A DNA stretch of 63,779 nt, filler included. It is 6 parts of 6 records of this genome, joined end to end, with 100 filler letters (N's around TTAATTAATTAA, not from the genome) between each part and the next. Parts side by side here need not be neighbours in the genome. Positions count along the whole stretch, not along the records: positions 36,998 to 49,874 come from DRR723986_7431; 5 more parts are not named here. One strand, 5' to 3'. The position numbers and the translations under genes were made by a program. The notes below the pieces were generated by a model that had not been told where the DNA came from, did not search any database, and saw only the letters and a program-made list of their open reading frames with translations. Of the stretch, positions 39,045-47,512 are shown piece after piece; within the stretch, counting starts at the first letter, position 1; each line of letters begins with the position of its first letter.

Positions 39045-39440
39045 ATGACAACACCCCAAGCCACTGCGCACAACACAGTCGAGGGTCATTGGAAAGTCAT
39101 TGCGCAGTCCAAGACACTGGATGCGGGGCGGCCGCTTTTGCCGATCACCCTTGGCAATGACCGCTATGTCCTGTTTCGTGACGAAGAGGGCGGCTTGGGG
39201 CTGATTGGCCGGAATTGCCCGCACCGGGGCGCCGATCTGTGCTTTGGCCGGCTCGAAGACAACGGGTTGCGTTGCCCATTTCATGGCTGGCATTTTGACC
39301 GGACCGGCCAATGTGTGGAACAGCCCGCCGAACCGGAAGGATCAAAAATGTACACTCAGATCAAAGTGCCGATGGTGCCCGTGAAAGAGGAAAACGGCGT
39401 GATCTCGGCATGGTGCGAGACAACGGGGGATAAGACATGA
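39045..39440 (+). CDS. Stand-alone Rieske [2Fe-2S] domain of oxygenase alpha-subunit type (131 aa)
   Basis: VLFRDEEG..NCPHRGADL.FGRLE..LRCPFHGWHFD.TGQC.EQPAEP; ATG 39045; stop overlaps the next start (ATGA). Confidence 0.9.
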   Translation: MTTPQATAHNTVEGHWKVIAQSKTLDAGRPLLPITLGNDRYVLFRDEEGGLGLIGRNCPHRGADLCFGRLEDNGLRCPFHGWHFDRTGQCVEQPAEPEGSKMYTQIKVPMVPVKEENGVISAWCETTGDKT

Positions 39441-40663
39441 TCAGCCAGGCTTTGAACGACCAGATCACGCGCATCGGGCCAAACACCGACGCGGGCAATG
39501 TCCTGCGCCACTATTGGCAACCCGCCGCGCTGAGCGATGAGTTGGCGGGCGGCTTTCCTGTTGCGGTCAATCTGCTGGGAGAACGGCTGGCCTTGGTCCG
39601 GTCCGGCGGCGGTGCCTTGCAATTGAAAACGCGGATCGTGCCGGAGGGGGAGCCAGCGGCGCATTGCCCTACGGCCGAGGAAATCACCCTTGATCCGAAT
39701 GGGGCGACCTATCCGGCCCACGAAATCAAAGGCGCGGTATTTGCCTATATGGGGCCGGGTGATCCGCCGGAGTTTCCCAAATTCGATTGTTTCCGCGCCC
39801 CGGACAGCCATGTGTTTGCATTCAAAGGCCTGTGGCGCTGCAACTGGTTGCAAGCGCTGGAAATCGGGATTGATCCGGCCCATGCCTCGTTCCTGCACAG
39901 GTTCCTGGAGGATGAAGATCCAAGCGACGGCTACGGCAAACAATTTCGCGACAAGGCGGCCCATACGGATATGCCGATGACGCAGGTGCTGCGCGATTAT
40001 CCACGCCCCGAGATCCAGGTGGATGAGACCGATTATGGTCTCAAGATCACCGCGCTGCGCCACATGGAAAACGATCTGACCCACGTGCGCGTGACCAACC
40101 AGATCTTCCCCGAGGCGATCTGTATCCCGATGTCGCGGGAAATGACGATCACCCAATGGCATGTGCCGATTGACGATGAAAACTGCTATTGGTTCACGAT
40201 CTTCACCAGTTTCAACACCCCCGTGAACAAGGAACTGATGCGCGAACAGCGACTCAAGGAACACCGTTTGCCTGATTATGCCCCGCTCAAGAACCGCGAG
40301 AACAATTATCACTACGACCCCGCCGAACAGGAAACCCTGACCTATACAGGTATGGGTCTGGACATTAACGTGCATGATCAATGGGCGGTTGAGGGGATGG
40401 GCGCAATTCAGGACCGAAGACAAGAACACCTGGGCCGCAGCGATGTGGCGATCATCCGTTATCGGCGGATGTTGCGAAAGGCGATTGCCGATCTGGCGGC
40501 TGCGAGACCCGAGGACTTGCCAATGCAGGGCCGCGCGGATGTGGCGGCGATCCTTGGTCCTTTGTCGAATGACGCCATCGCACCAACGGCAGAATGGCAA
40601 AGCGCCAGCCATGCGGCAGATATTGCGCGGCGGGCAGAATGCCCTTGGGACGCATCGGTTTAA
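39437..40663 (+). CDS. Rieske oxygenase catalytic subunit (phthalate 4,5-dioxygenase/LigX-like) lacking its own Rieske ligands
   Basis: Family N-terminus TRIGP.T.AG..LR.YWQP..LLGE; mononuclear Fe motif CNWLQALEIGIDPAHASFLH and HDQWAVEGMG..EHLG.SD; no CxH/CxxH pair. Confidence 0.88.
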   Translation: MISQALNDQITRIGPNTDAGNVLRHYWQPAALSDELAGGFPVAVNLLGERLALVRSGGGALQLKTRIVPEGEPAAHCPTAEEITLDPNGATYPAHEIKGAVFAYMGPGDPPEFPKFDCFRAPDSHVFAFKGLWRCNWLQALEIGIDPAHASFLHRFLEDEDPSDGYGKQFRDKAAHTDMPMTQVLRDYPRPEIQVDETDYGLKITALRHMENDLTHVRVTNQIFPEAICIPMSREMTITQWHVPIDDENCYWFTIFTSFNTPVNKELMREQRLKEHRLPDYAPLKNRENNYHYDPAEQETLTYTGMGLDINVHDQWAVEGMGAIQDRRQEHLGRSDVAIIRYRRMLRKAIADLAAARPEDLPMQGRADVAAILGPLSNDAIAPTAEWQSASHAADIARRAECPWDASV

Positions 40664-40669
40664 GGCATT

Positions 40670-42073
40670 ATGAACACCCGCGCAGACCAAATTTCACATG
40701 TCCTTGAAACCGTTGCAGAGCAGGGCATTGAGACCCTGCGCATCTGCTTTGCCGATCAACACGGCATTTTGCGTGGCAAGACCATCGTCGCCAGCGCGTT
40801 AAGCTCGGCCTTTGAAAAGGGCATCGGCATCCCATCGACCTTGCTGCTTAAGGACACATCCAACAGCACCGTTTTCCCGGTCTGGACCGAAGGGGCGCAG
40901 GTTGCTGATCTGCCATTGGCGGGGGCGGGGGATGTTTTGATCCGCCCTGATCCGGCGCGATTTTTCATTCTGCCATGGTCGCCGCATTCGGCGGTCCTGC
41001 TGTGCGATGTGATAGACCGAAGCGGCGCTGCGGTGCCTTTTGCCTCTGGCGCGGTGCTGGCCAAGGCGGTGGCTGATCTGGATGCTGCGGGCTATCAGGC
41101 GGTCTTTGGGCTTGAGGTGGAGTTTCAGGTGTTTCACCTGCGCGATGCCGCGCTTGGGCATGATCAAGCCACCATGCCGCCTGCACCCGTTCATACCTCC
41201 AACCTGACCCAAGGCCATCAATACCTCAGCGAAACCCGCTATTCCGAGGCGCAGGATCTGCTGGATGATCTGCGCCGCCACGCAGATGCCCTGGGGCTTG
41301 AGCCGCGTTCGATGGAGATCGAAATGGGGCCAAGCCAGTTTGAGTTTACTTTTGCCCCGTCAGACCCGCAGACCCAAGCGGACCGGTTTGTACTGTTCCG
41401 CACGATGGTCAAAGAGGTCTGCCATGCGCGGGGGCTGCATGCGACATTCATGGCCAAACCCAACCTGCCAAACGCGGCGGCGAACGGCTGGCACATCCAT
41501 CAATCCCTGATCGCAAATGACACAGGCCAAAACGTGTTTGTGCCAAAGGCAGATGGTGGATTGACGCCGCAAGCCGATGGCTGGATCGCGGGCCTGTTGG
41601 CCCATGCCACTGCCTCTTGCTTGCTGACCAACCCGACAGTGAACAGCTACAAACGGTTTACGCCCTTCCAACTGGCCCCGAACCGCATTCAGTGGGGGTG
41701 GGACAATCGCGGCGCGATGGTGCGGGGGTTGATGTATCCCGGTGATGCCGCGTCGCGCATTGAAAACCGTGTGGCGGATACCACGGCAAATCCGCATTAT
41801 GCCTTTGCCGCGCAGATCTATGCCGGGCTGTCAGGGTTGCAGTCCCAAGCCCCCGCGCCGCCCGCGACGGAATCCCCCTACGGTGAGGGTGCAGACCGGT
41901 TGCCGCAAAGCTTGCTGGCCGCGATTGAGGCTTTTGACGGATCAGACCACATCCGGCAGAACTTTGGCGAGGCATTCACATCCTATCTGACCACCCTCAA
42001 ACGCGCGGAATGGGATCGGTATTTGATGACCGTTTCGGAATGGGAACAGCAAGAATACTTTGGCTTGTTTTGA
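40670..42073 (+). CDS. Glutamine synthetase-like gamma-glutamyl ligase
   Basis: DQHGILRGK, GLEVEF, EMGPSQFE, ATFMAKP, NGWHIHQSL, NSYKR, WGWDNR, RIENR, EWEQQEY. Confidence 0.9.
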   Translation: MNTRADQISHVLETVAEQGIETLRICFADQHGILRGKTIVASALSSAFEKGIGIPSTLLLKDTSNSTVFPVWTEGAQVADLPLAGAGDVLIRPDPARFFILPWSPHSAVLLCDVIDRSGAAVPFASGAVLAKAVADLDAAGYQAVFGLEVEFQVFHLRDAALGHDQATMPPAPVHTSNLTQGHQYLSETRYSEAQDLLDDLRRHADALGLEPRSMEIEMGPSQFEFTFAPSDPQTQADRFVLFRTMVKEVCHARGLHATFMAKPNLPNAAANGWHIHQSLIANDTGQNVFVPKADGGLTPQADGWIAGLLAHATASCLLTNPTVNSYKRFTPFQLAPNRIQWGWDNRGAMVRGLMYPGDAASRIENRVADTTANPHYAFAAQIYAGLSGLQSQAPAPPATESPYGEGADRLPQSLLAAIEAFDGSDHIRQNFGEAFTSYLTTLKRAEWDRYLMTVSEWEQQEYFGLF

Positions 42074-42495
42074 TGGTGGGCGCCACTGTGCCAACACAAA
42101 CGGAACTTGGGTTCGATGATTTCATTGACGGCTACTTCCCGCTGGCGGTCTCGATCTCGCATCTGATGCAGCGGCGCGGGCTGACCTTTGCGCGGCTGAC
42201 GCTGACCCATGCGCCGATCATGCATATTGCCGATCTGCACCCTGATGCGCCGGTCCCGCTGAATATCACCGCCGGGCGGGCGGGCATGATTGATCAAATG
42301 GTGCTGATGGTTCAAGCGTCGGGCCGAACATGTCGCTTGCAGGGCCATGCATCATGGCGGTGGCTGGATGGATCAGAGACAGGCCGAACCTTTGATCCCC
42401 TGACCCGGCTGGCGGAACCGGCCTATTTGCAAGGCAAAGCGATGCACGCCGATGTGATGCCACCCTTTGAGGGTGCGGCCATACGGCGGGTGTAA
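42073..42495 (+). CDS. Hypothetical protein (140 aa), possibly a degenerate hotdog fold
   Basis: TGATG coupling to the GS-like gene; the fold guess rests only on the helix-plus-strands pattern. Confidence 0.55.
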   Translation: MVGATVPTQTELGFDDFIDGYFPLAVSISHLMQRRGLTFARLTLTHAPIMHIADLHPDAPVPLNITAGRAGMIDQMVLMVQASGRTCRLQGHASWRWLDGSETGRTFDPLTRLAEPAYLQGKAMHADVMPPFEGAAIRRV

Positions 42496-42538
42496 ACGGA
42501 ACGCTCAAGCGGCAGGCCAAAGGCCAACCGCGCCGGTC

Positions 42539-45500
42539 TTAAAATCCCAGCATCGGGTCTTCCATTTCCTCGGGATCATCCTGCGGGATCATGCCGTCGT
42601 CGGCACTTTCCGGCAGCGCAAGCGCGGCCATGATCTCTTGTCCCGTCATCTCTTCGGGGTCAGCTGCCGGGGCAGGGGCATCTTGCCAGAAGCTTTCGGT
42701 TGGCGTGACGACCAGTTGCAGCGCATCGCGCCCGACCTCTTCGCCAGCCTCGTCGAATTCCACCACCGACACGTCATAGATGTGATCGCCATTGGTGTCC
42801 CACAGCTGATCATAGGACGGCGTGAACCAGCTTTTGTTGCTGACCGCGCCGGTGTCATTGTCCACATCGAAATGCCCCGCGTCCGGCCCTTCGAGAGCAA
42901 ACCGCAGGACAGGATCATCCGCGCCGCCACCAGTGTCACCGCCAGTGTCACCGCCAGTGCCGTCATCGGGATCTATGTCATCGCCAGTGCCCGGATCGGT
43001 ATCCCCGCCATCGTCCGATGGCGCATCGCCAACCTGCCAGAACGTCTCTGTCGGGGTCACTACCAGTTCGAAATGGCTGGCGCTGATCTCTGCGCCGTTT
43101 TCATCAAGGCCCAGCACGGAAACCTCATAGATGTGATCGCCGTTGGTGTCCCAAACCTGATCGTAGTTGGGGGTAAACCAATCCTTGTTGGTGACTTCAC
43201 CGGTGTCGGGATCAAGGTCGAAATGCCCCGCGTCGGCCCCGGCCAGAACATAGGTTTCACCCGCGCCCGTGCCGCCATCAAGCGGATCACCGCCATCGAC
43301 AGTGTCATCATCGCCAGTGCCGCCGCCAACGGTATCATCACCATTGCCGCCATCAACGGGATCGTCGCCTGTGCCATCGTCAACGGTGTCGTCGCCGCTT
43401 CCGTCATCGACGGTGTCATCCCCCGTGCCATCATCAACCGTGTCGTCGCCACCCGTCAGATCAATCGCATCGCGCCATATGGCTTCGGTCGGGGTGACTA
43501 CCAGCTGCAAATCGCTGCGGCCAATTTCGGCGCCGGTTGCATCATGTTCAATCACGGAGGTTTCATAGATGTGATCGCCATTGGTATCCCAAACCTGATT
43601 GTAGTCAGGGGTGAACCAATCCTTGTTGCTAACCTCGCCGGTGGCTGGGTCCACGTCGAAATGCCCGGCGTCCGGTCCGCCGAGTGAATAGAAGGGGCCA
43701 TCGCCCGTGCCGCCATCAACGGTATCGTCGCCGCTGCCGCCGTCTAGGGTATCATCGCCATTGCCGCCATCAACGGTGTCATCGCCGCTGCCATCATCAT
43801 CCGTGTCCTCGACCACCTCGGGCAGAACCAAATCACCGGTCAGACCAAAATCACCCGCGCTGAGCGGCACATCAGACAGAACCGTGACCGTCAGAACCCC
43901 ATCAGTCACAGGCAGCGTGACGGTCAATTCACCATTCACCCAAGACAGGGCCGCCGATACATCTTCGGCCGTGTCAAAACCCGCGATTTCAGACAGGTCG
44001 ATCTGATCCGCTGCGCCATTGGCGCCAAAATCGGTGATACGCACGCTGCCGGGCAGGTCTTGCAAAAAGAACACGTCATCGCCATCGCCGCCGGTCACAA
44101 CATCGCTGCCGCCGCCCGCATAAATCTGATCGTCGCCCGCGCCGCTGTTGATCTGGTCATTGCCCGCGCCGCCCAGCAAGGTGTCATTGCCAACGCCGGA
44201 GTTCATCAGATCATTGCCATTGCCGCCTTCGGCATAAAAGCCGGATCCGGCGCTGCCGCCGTCCAGAATGTCATTGCCATCATCCAGGAAAATCCGGTCG
44301 GACCCTTCAGGGGTGCCGATGAACACAAGATCATGACCATCGCCGCCGTGAATTTCATCGTCGCGTTGACTGCCTGCGATCAGGTCATTGCCCGTGCCGC
44401 CATAAATTGTGTCGGTGCCGCGCCCGCCGATCAAAGTGTCATCGCCATCGTTGCCATAGACAATGTCATCTTCGTCGCGGGCAAACACGTGATCGTTGCC
44501 TGCCCCGGCAGTGATCACATCATCACCATAAAGCCCTTCGATCTGGTCATCGCCATCGCCGCCGTTGATCGTATCGGCCCCATGTCCGCCGCGCAGCGTA
44601 TCTGCGCCATCGCCGCCATCGATCAGATCATCGCCCGCATCCCCTTCGACGCTATCGTCCCCACCAAGCGCCAGGATTGTATCATCGCCTGTGGTGCCAA
44701 CCAGATTGTCGTCGCCATCGGTGGCTTGGTTTGTGTCATCTTCGGGTGGATTGCTGTCAGAAACATAGGCCGCTGTGTCAAAATTCTGCACCAGCGGTGC
44801 GCCATCGACCTGTTCAAAACCGGTGCCCGTGGACAGCGCAACCTGCACCCCCTCCGCACCAAAGCCGATCAGATCCGCCATGCCGTCGCCATCCACATCG
44901 GCCACTGCGCGGGCGTCGGCGTCATTGGTCCAGCCTTCGGATGCGCCCATCAGGGTGGTCCATAGCGTTGCATCGTCAAACCCTGTGCCGGTGGAAAGCG
45001 CGACATAGACGCCATCTGCGCCAAATGACACAACATCAGACAGCCCATCGCCATCAACGTCTGCAATAGTGCGTATGTGATCTGCGGCGTTCCAGTCACT
45101 GCCCTCGGCAGCTTCATCCAGCCAAAGCTCGGTCTCGTCAAAGCCATTGCCGTTGGAGGTGGCGACCGACACGCCATCACTGCCAAAACCGACAATATCG
45201 GCCAGCCCATCACCGTTCACATCATCCAATACCCGCACATGATCATCCATGCGCCAGCCATCGTTGTAGCCAAAATCGGTTGACCATCTTTGGCCCGTTT
45301 CAAAATCCGTTCCGGTGGACAGGGCCACTGTCACCTGATTTTCGCCAAAGGCCACAACATCGGCCAGCCCGTCACCATCCACATCCGCCACATCGCGCTC
45401 GTGGCGGCTGCTGGTCCATCCGGCATCGCTGTCAAAGCCGTTGGACCAAAGTTCAATTGTCTCAAATCCGCTGCCATCGGACAAAGCCACAATCACATTG

Positions 45501-46618
45501 CTGCCGCCAAAGCCGACAATATCGGCCAAGCCGTCGCCGTTCACATCGCCCAAGGCGCGGTCGTGGGTGTCCACGCGCCAGCCGCCGGCGTTCTGGGTAA
45601 AGTCATTGCTCGCTGTTGTGGCGCTCTCGAACTGGGTGCCGTCCGAATGCGCGACCTGCACGCTGCTGTCGCCAAAACCAACGATATCGGCCATGCCATC
45701 ACCGTTGACATCCGCCAAGGTGCGGATGTGTTCGGCGTTATCCCAACCGCCTGCACCGCTGGCAAATTGATCCGACCAGTTCTCAGGATGTGCGTGGGGG
45801 TCCGGCAGATTGCCAACCTCATAGCTGGCCTCGGTCCAGGCCCGGTAGGTGTCTGAAATGACCGGATTGCCATCCGCGTCGATGCCGCTGGCCACGTGGG
45901 GATCATGGGCGGCATATTCGTAAAAGGTATCAAGGTTCTGCGCCGCATCCTCAGCAGACAGGTTCGCGCCCAGATCGGCGGTGGCATATTCCACGTAGGA
46001 AATCAGCTCATGATCGCCGCTGTAAAACTGCTGTGCCTCATAGGCAAATTGCGAGGAATTCACGTGATCCGAATGGTTGCCGCCCGCATGTTCAGAGCTG
46101 TGATCCTGAATGAGAATGGCGTCAGGCTGATGATGTTCCATGATCCCGAGCAGAAGACCGGAGACATCATCCGCAGACAGGGTATTGGCCCCATCCACAC
46201 TGTCAATCAAGGCAATATCGCCGTCCCACAATTGTTCAAGGCTTTGCTGGTCGGTGCTGGCATAGCCGGACCCGTTTGGATTGCCATCGGGCAGGCGCAG
46301 GAAATACAAACGGATGTCAGGATCGCTTTCCAGATAGGAGGCGCGGACCTCGAAATCATCGCTGCCATTGCTGAAGGTTGTGACCGTATCGACCCAGTCG
46401 TCGGCCCCGGCCATATGCGCATATGCGGCCTTGGCCCCCAGTTCGCGCCCTTCCCAATAGTCCGCATCCTGACCTGCGTCACCGGCTGTCAAATAGACTG
46501 TCGTGTGCCCGCCGCCCGCAGAAATACTGTGCTGGATATCGGGGTTCTGAAACAGCAGATCGTCATCAATATGAGCGACAATGGATAGTGTTGCGCCCGC
46601 AGCATTTGAAAGAGGCAT
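42539..46618 (-). CDS. Secreted multidomain protein: PIG-L/LmbE deacetylase + PVL-like lectin repeats + RTX repeats + three cadherin-like repeats
   Basis: AHIDDD, YLTAGDAG, RELG, RLPDG, HSDH; six ADVxGDGxADxVxFG blades; GGxGxD nonapeptides; three GPDAGHFD..WFTP.Y..WDTNGDHIY repeats; no Sec leader. Confidence 0.85.
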   Translation of the reverse strand: MPLSNAAGATLSIVAHIDDDLLFQNPDIQHSISAGGGHTTVYLTAGDAGQDADYWEGRELGAKAAYAHMAGADDWVDTVTTFSNGSDDFEVRASYLESDPDIRLYFLRLPDGNPNGSGYASTDQQSLEQLWDGDIALIDSVDGANTLSADDVSGLLLGIMEHHQPDAILIQDHSSEHAGGNHSDHVNSSQFAYEAQQFYSGDHELISYVEYATADLGANLSAEDAAQNLDTFYEYAAHDPHVASGIDADGNPVISDTYRAWTEASYEVGNLPDPHAHPENWSDQFASGAGGWDNAEHIRTLADVNGDGMADIVGFGDSSVQVAHSDGTQFESATTASNDFTQNAGGWRVDTHDRALGDVNGDGLADIVGFGGSNVIVALSDGSGFETIELWSNGFDSDAGWTSSRHERDVADVDGDGLADVVAFGENQVTVALSTGTDFETGQRWSTDFGYNDGWRMDDHVRVLDDVNGDGLADIVGFGSDGVSVATSNGNGFDETELWLDEAAEGSDWNAADHIRTIADVDGDGLSDVVSFGADGVYVALSTGTGFDDATLWTTLMGASEGWTNDADARAVADVDGDGMADLIGFGAEGVQVALSTGTGFEQVDGAPLVQNFDTAAYVSDSNPPEDDTNQATDGDDNLVGTTGDDTILALGGDDSVEGDAGDDLIDGGDGADTLRGGHGADTINGGDGDDQIEGLYGDDVITAGAGNDHVFARDEDDIVYGNDGDDTLIGGRGTDTIYGGTGNDLIAGSQRDDEIHGGDGHDLVFIGTPEGSDRIFLDDGNDILDGGSAGSGFYAEGGNGNDLMNSGVGNDTLLGGAGNDQINSGAGDDQIYAGGGSDVVTGGDGDDVFFLQDLPGSVRITDFGANGAADQIDLSEIAGFDTAEDVSAALSWVNGELTVTLPVTDGVLTVTVLSDVPLSAGDFGLTGDLVLPEVVEDTDDDGSGDDTVDGGNGDDTLDGGSGDDTVDGGTGDGPFYSLGGPDAGHFDVDPATGEVSNKDWFTPDYNQVWDTNGDHIYETSVIEHDATGAEIGRSDLQLVVTPTEAIWRDAIDLTGGDDTVDDGTGDDTVDDGSGDDTVDDGTGDDPVDGGNGDDTVGGGTGDDDTVDGGDPLDGGTGAGETYVLAGADAGHFDLDPDTGEVTNKDWFTPNYDQVWDTNGDHIYEVSVLGLDENGAEISASHFELVVTPTETFWQVGDAPSDDGGDTDPGTGDDIDPDDGTGGDTGGDTGGGADDPVLRFALEGPDAGHFDVDNDTGAVSNKSWFTPSYDQLWDTNGDHIYDVSVVEFDEAGEEVGRDALQLVVTPTESFWQDAPAPAADPEEMTGQEIMAALALPESADDGMIPQDDPEEMEDPMLGF
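42685..43698 (-). repeat. Three intragenic ~220-bp repeats separated by Gly/Asp/Thr-rich linkers
   Basis: Copies at about 42685-42905, 43034-43258 and 43472-43698 share TAGATGTGATCGCC(A/G)TTGGT and TCGAAATGCCC. Confidence 0.85.
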
Positions 46619-46897
46619 CGGGGGGTCTCACAGTTCTATTTGGTCCTAAACAAGGCAAAGATTGCCCGAAAGGAGGGCCACCTGGCAACGCTCGGTGATG
46701 GCGGAGTTTCGTGTTTAGTTAAATAAAATCAGATGTTTGAGGCGAAATTGATCAGATCTAGCAGGGTCAAACAGGCGCTAAATAAGGCAAGGGCAGACCG
46801 CTCTTGGGTGACAATAATCGGAGATTTCAGGAATTGTTTCGATTCAATCATCGGGTGAATCCCCAAAATGACCGAATCAACCGGCCCTTGCGCATCT

Positions 46898-47512
46898 TTA
46901 TGCGGATTGAAAGCGGATATCGGGCTCAATCGACTGAACCATGACCGTTTGCGCATTCGGAAGATCGTTTGATGCGGCCCGGTCTTGTGCCTGTTGGAGC
47001 GGCAAGCCATGGTCTGTCCAACGCTGAACAAGACGCCTCTGCAACTCGGCCTCGGGCACATCAAGCAGGACGGTCAGATCCCACATCCCATGCATCTCGC
47101 GCCAGCCCGGCGCGTCCAGCAGCAGGTAATTGCCTTCGACAAGGATGATTTGCGCCTCAGGGGCGATCAACGCCCCATCCGGCACCACGGCATCGGCAGT
47201 TCGGTCAAAGATTGGCACAGACACAGCGCCCCCGGCAGCGACCTTGCGCAAGATCCGTAGCATCTGGGCTGTGTCAAACGTGTCCGGCGCGCCCTTGCGG
47301 TGCAGGCGGCCTTTTGCTGTCAGGGTGTTATTGTCCAGATGAAACCCGTCCATCGGAACAACGGCGCTTTGTGGGATGCACTTGCGCAGGGTCTCAACGA
47401 TGGTGGATTTTCCCGATCCGGGCGCACCGGCAATCGCAATCATCCGGCGCGATTTGCCTTGGTTTTGCGCCGCGATCTGACCTGCCAGATCTGCAATGCC
47501 TTGCGGGATCAC
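46898..47512 (-). CDS. P-loop kinase, FrcK/pantothenate-kinase-like
   Basis: IAGAPGSGKST, PMDGFHLDN, KGAPDTFD, VEGNYLL, NDLPNA; GTG 47512 overlaps the upstream stop. Confidence 0.85.
   Translation of the reverse strand: MIPQGIADLAGQIAAQNQGKSRRMIAIAGAPGSGKSTIVETLRKCIPQSAVVPMDGFHLDNNTLTAKGRLHRKGAPDTFDTAQMLRILRKVAAGGAVSVPIFDRTADAVVPDGALIAPEAQIILVEGNYLLLDAPGWREMHGMWDLTVLLDVPEAELQRRLVQRWTDHGLPLQQAQDRAASNDLPNAQTVMVQSIEPDIRFQSA

Noticed and set aside
39356-40690. 444-aa minus-strand ORF
   Set aside because: Antisense shadow of the oxygenase gene.
42467-43687. 406-aa plus-strand ORF with internal repeats
   Set aside because: Antisense mirror of the repeats and Gly/Asp linkers of the RTX protein.
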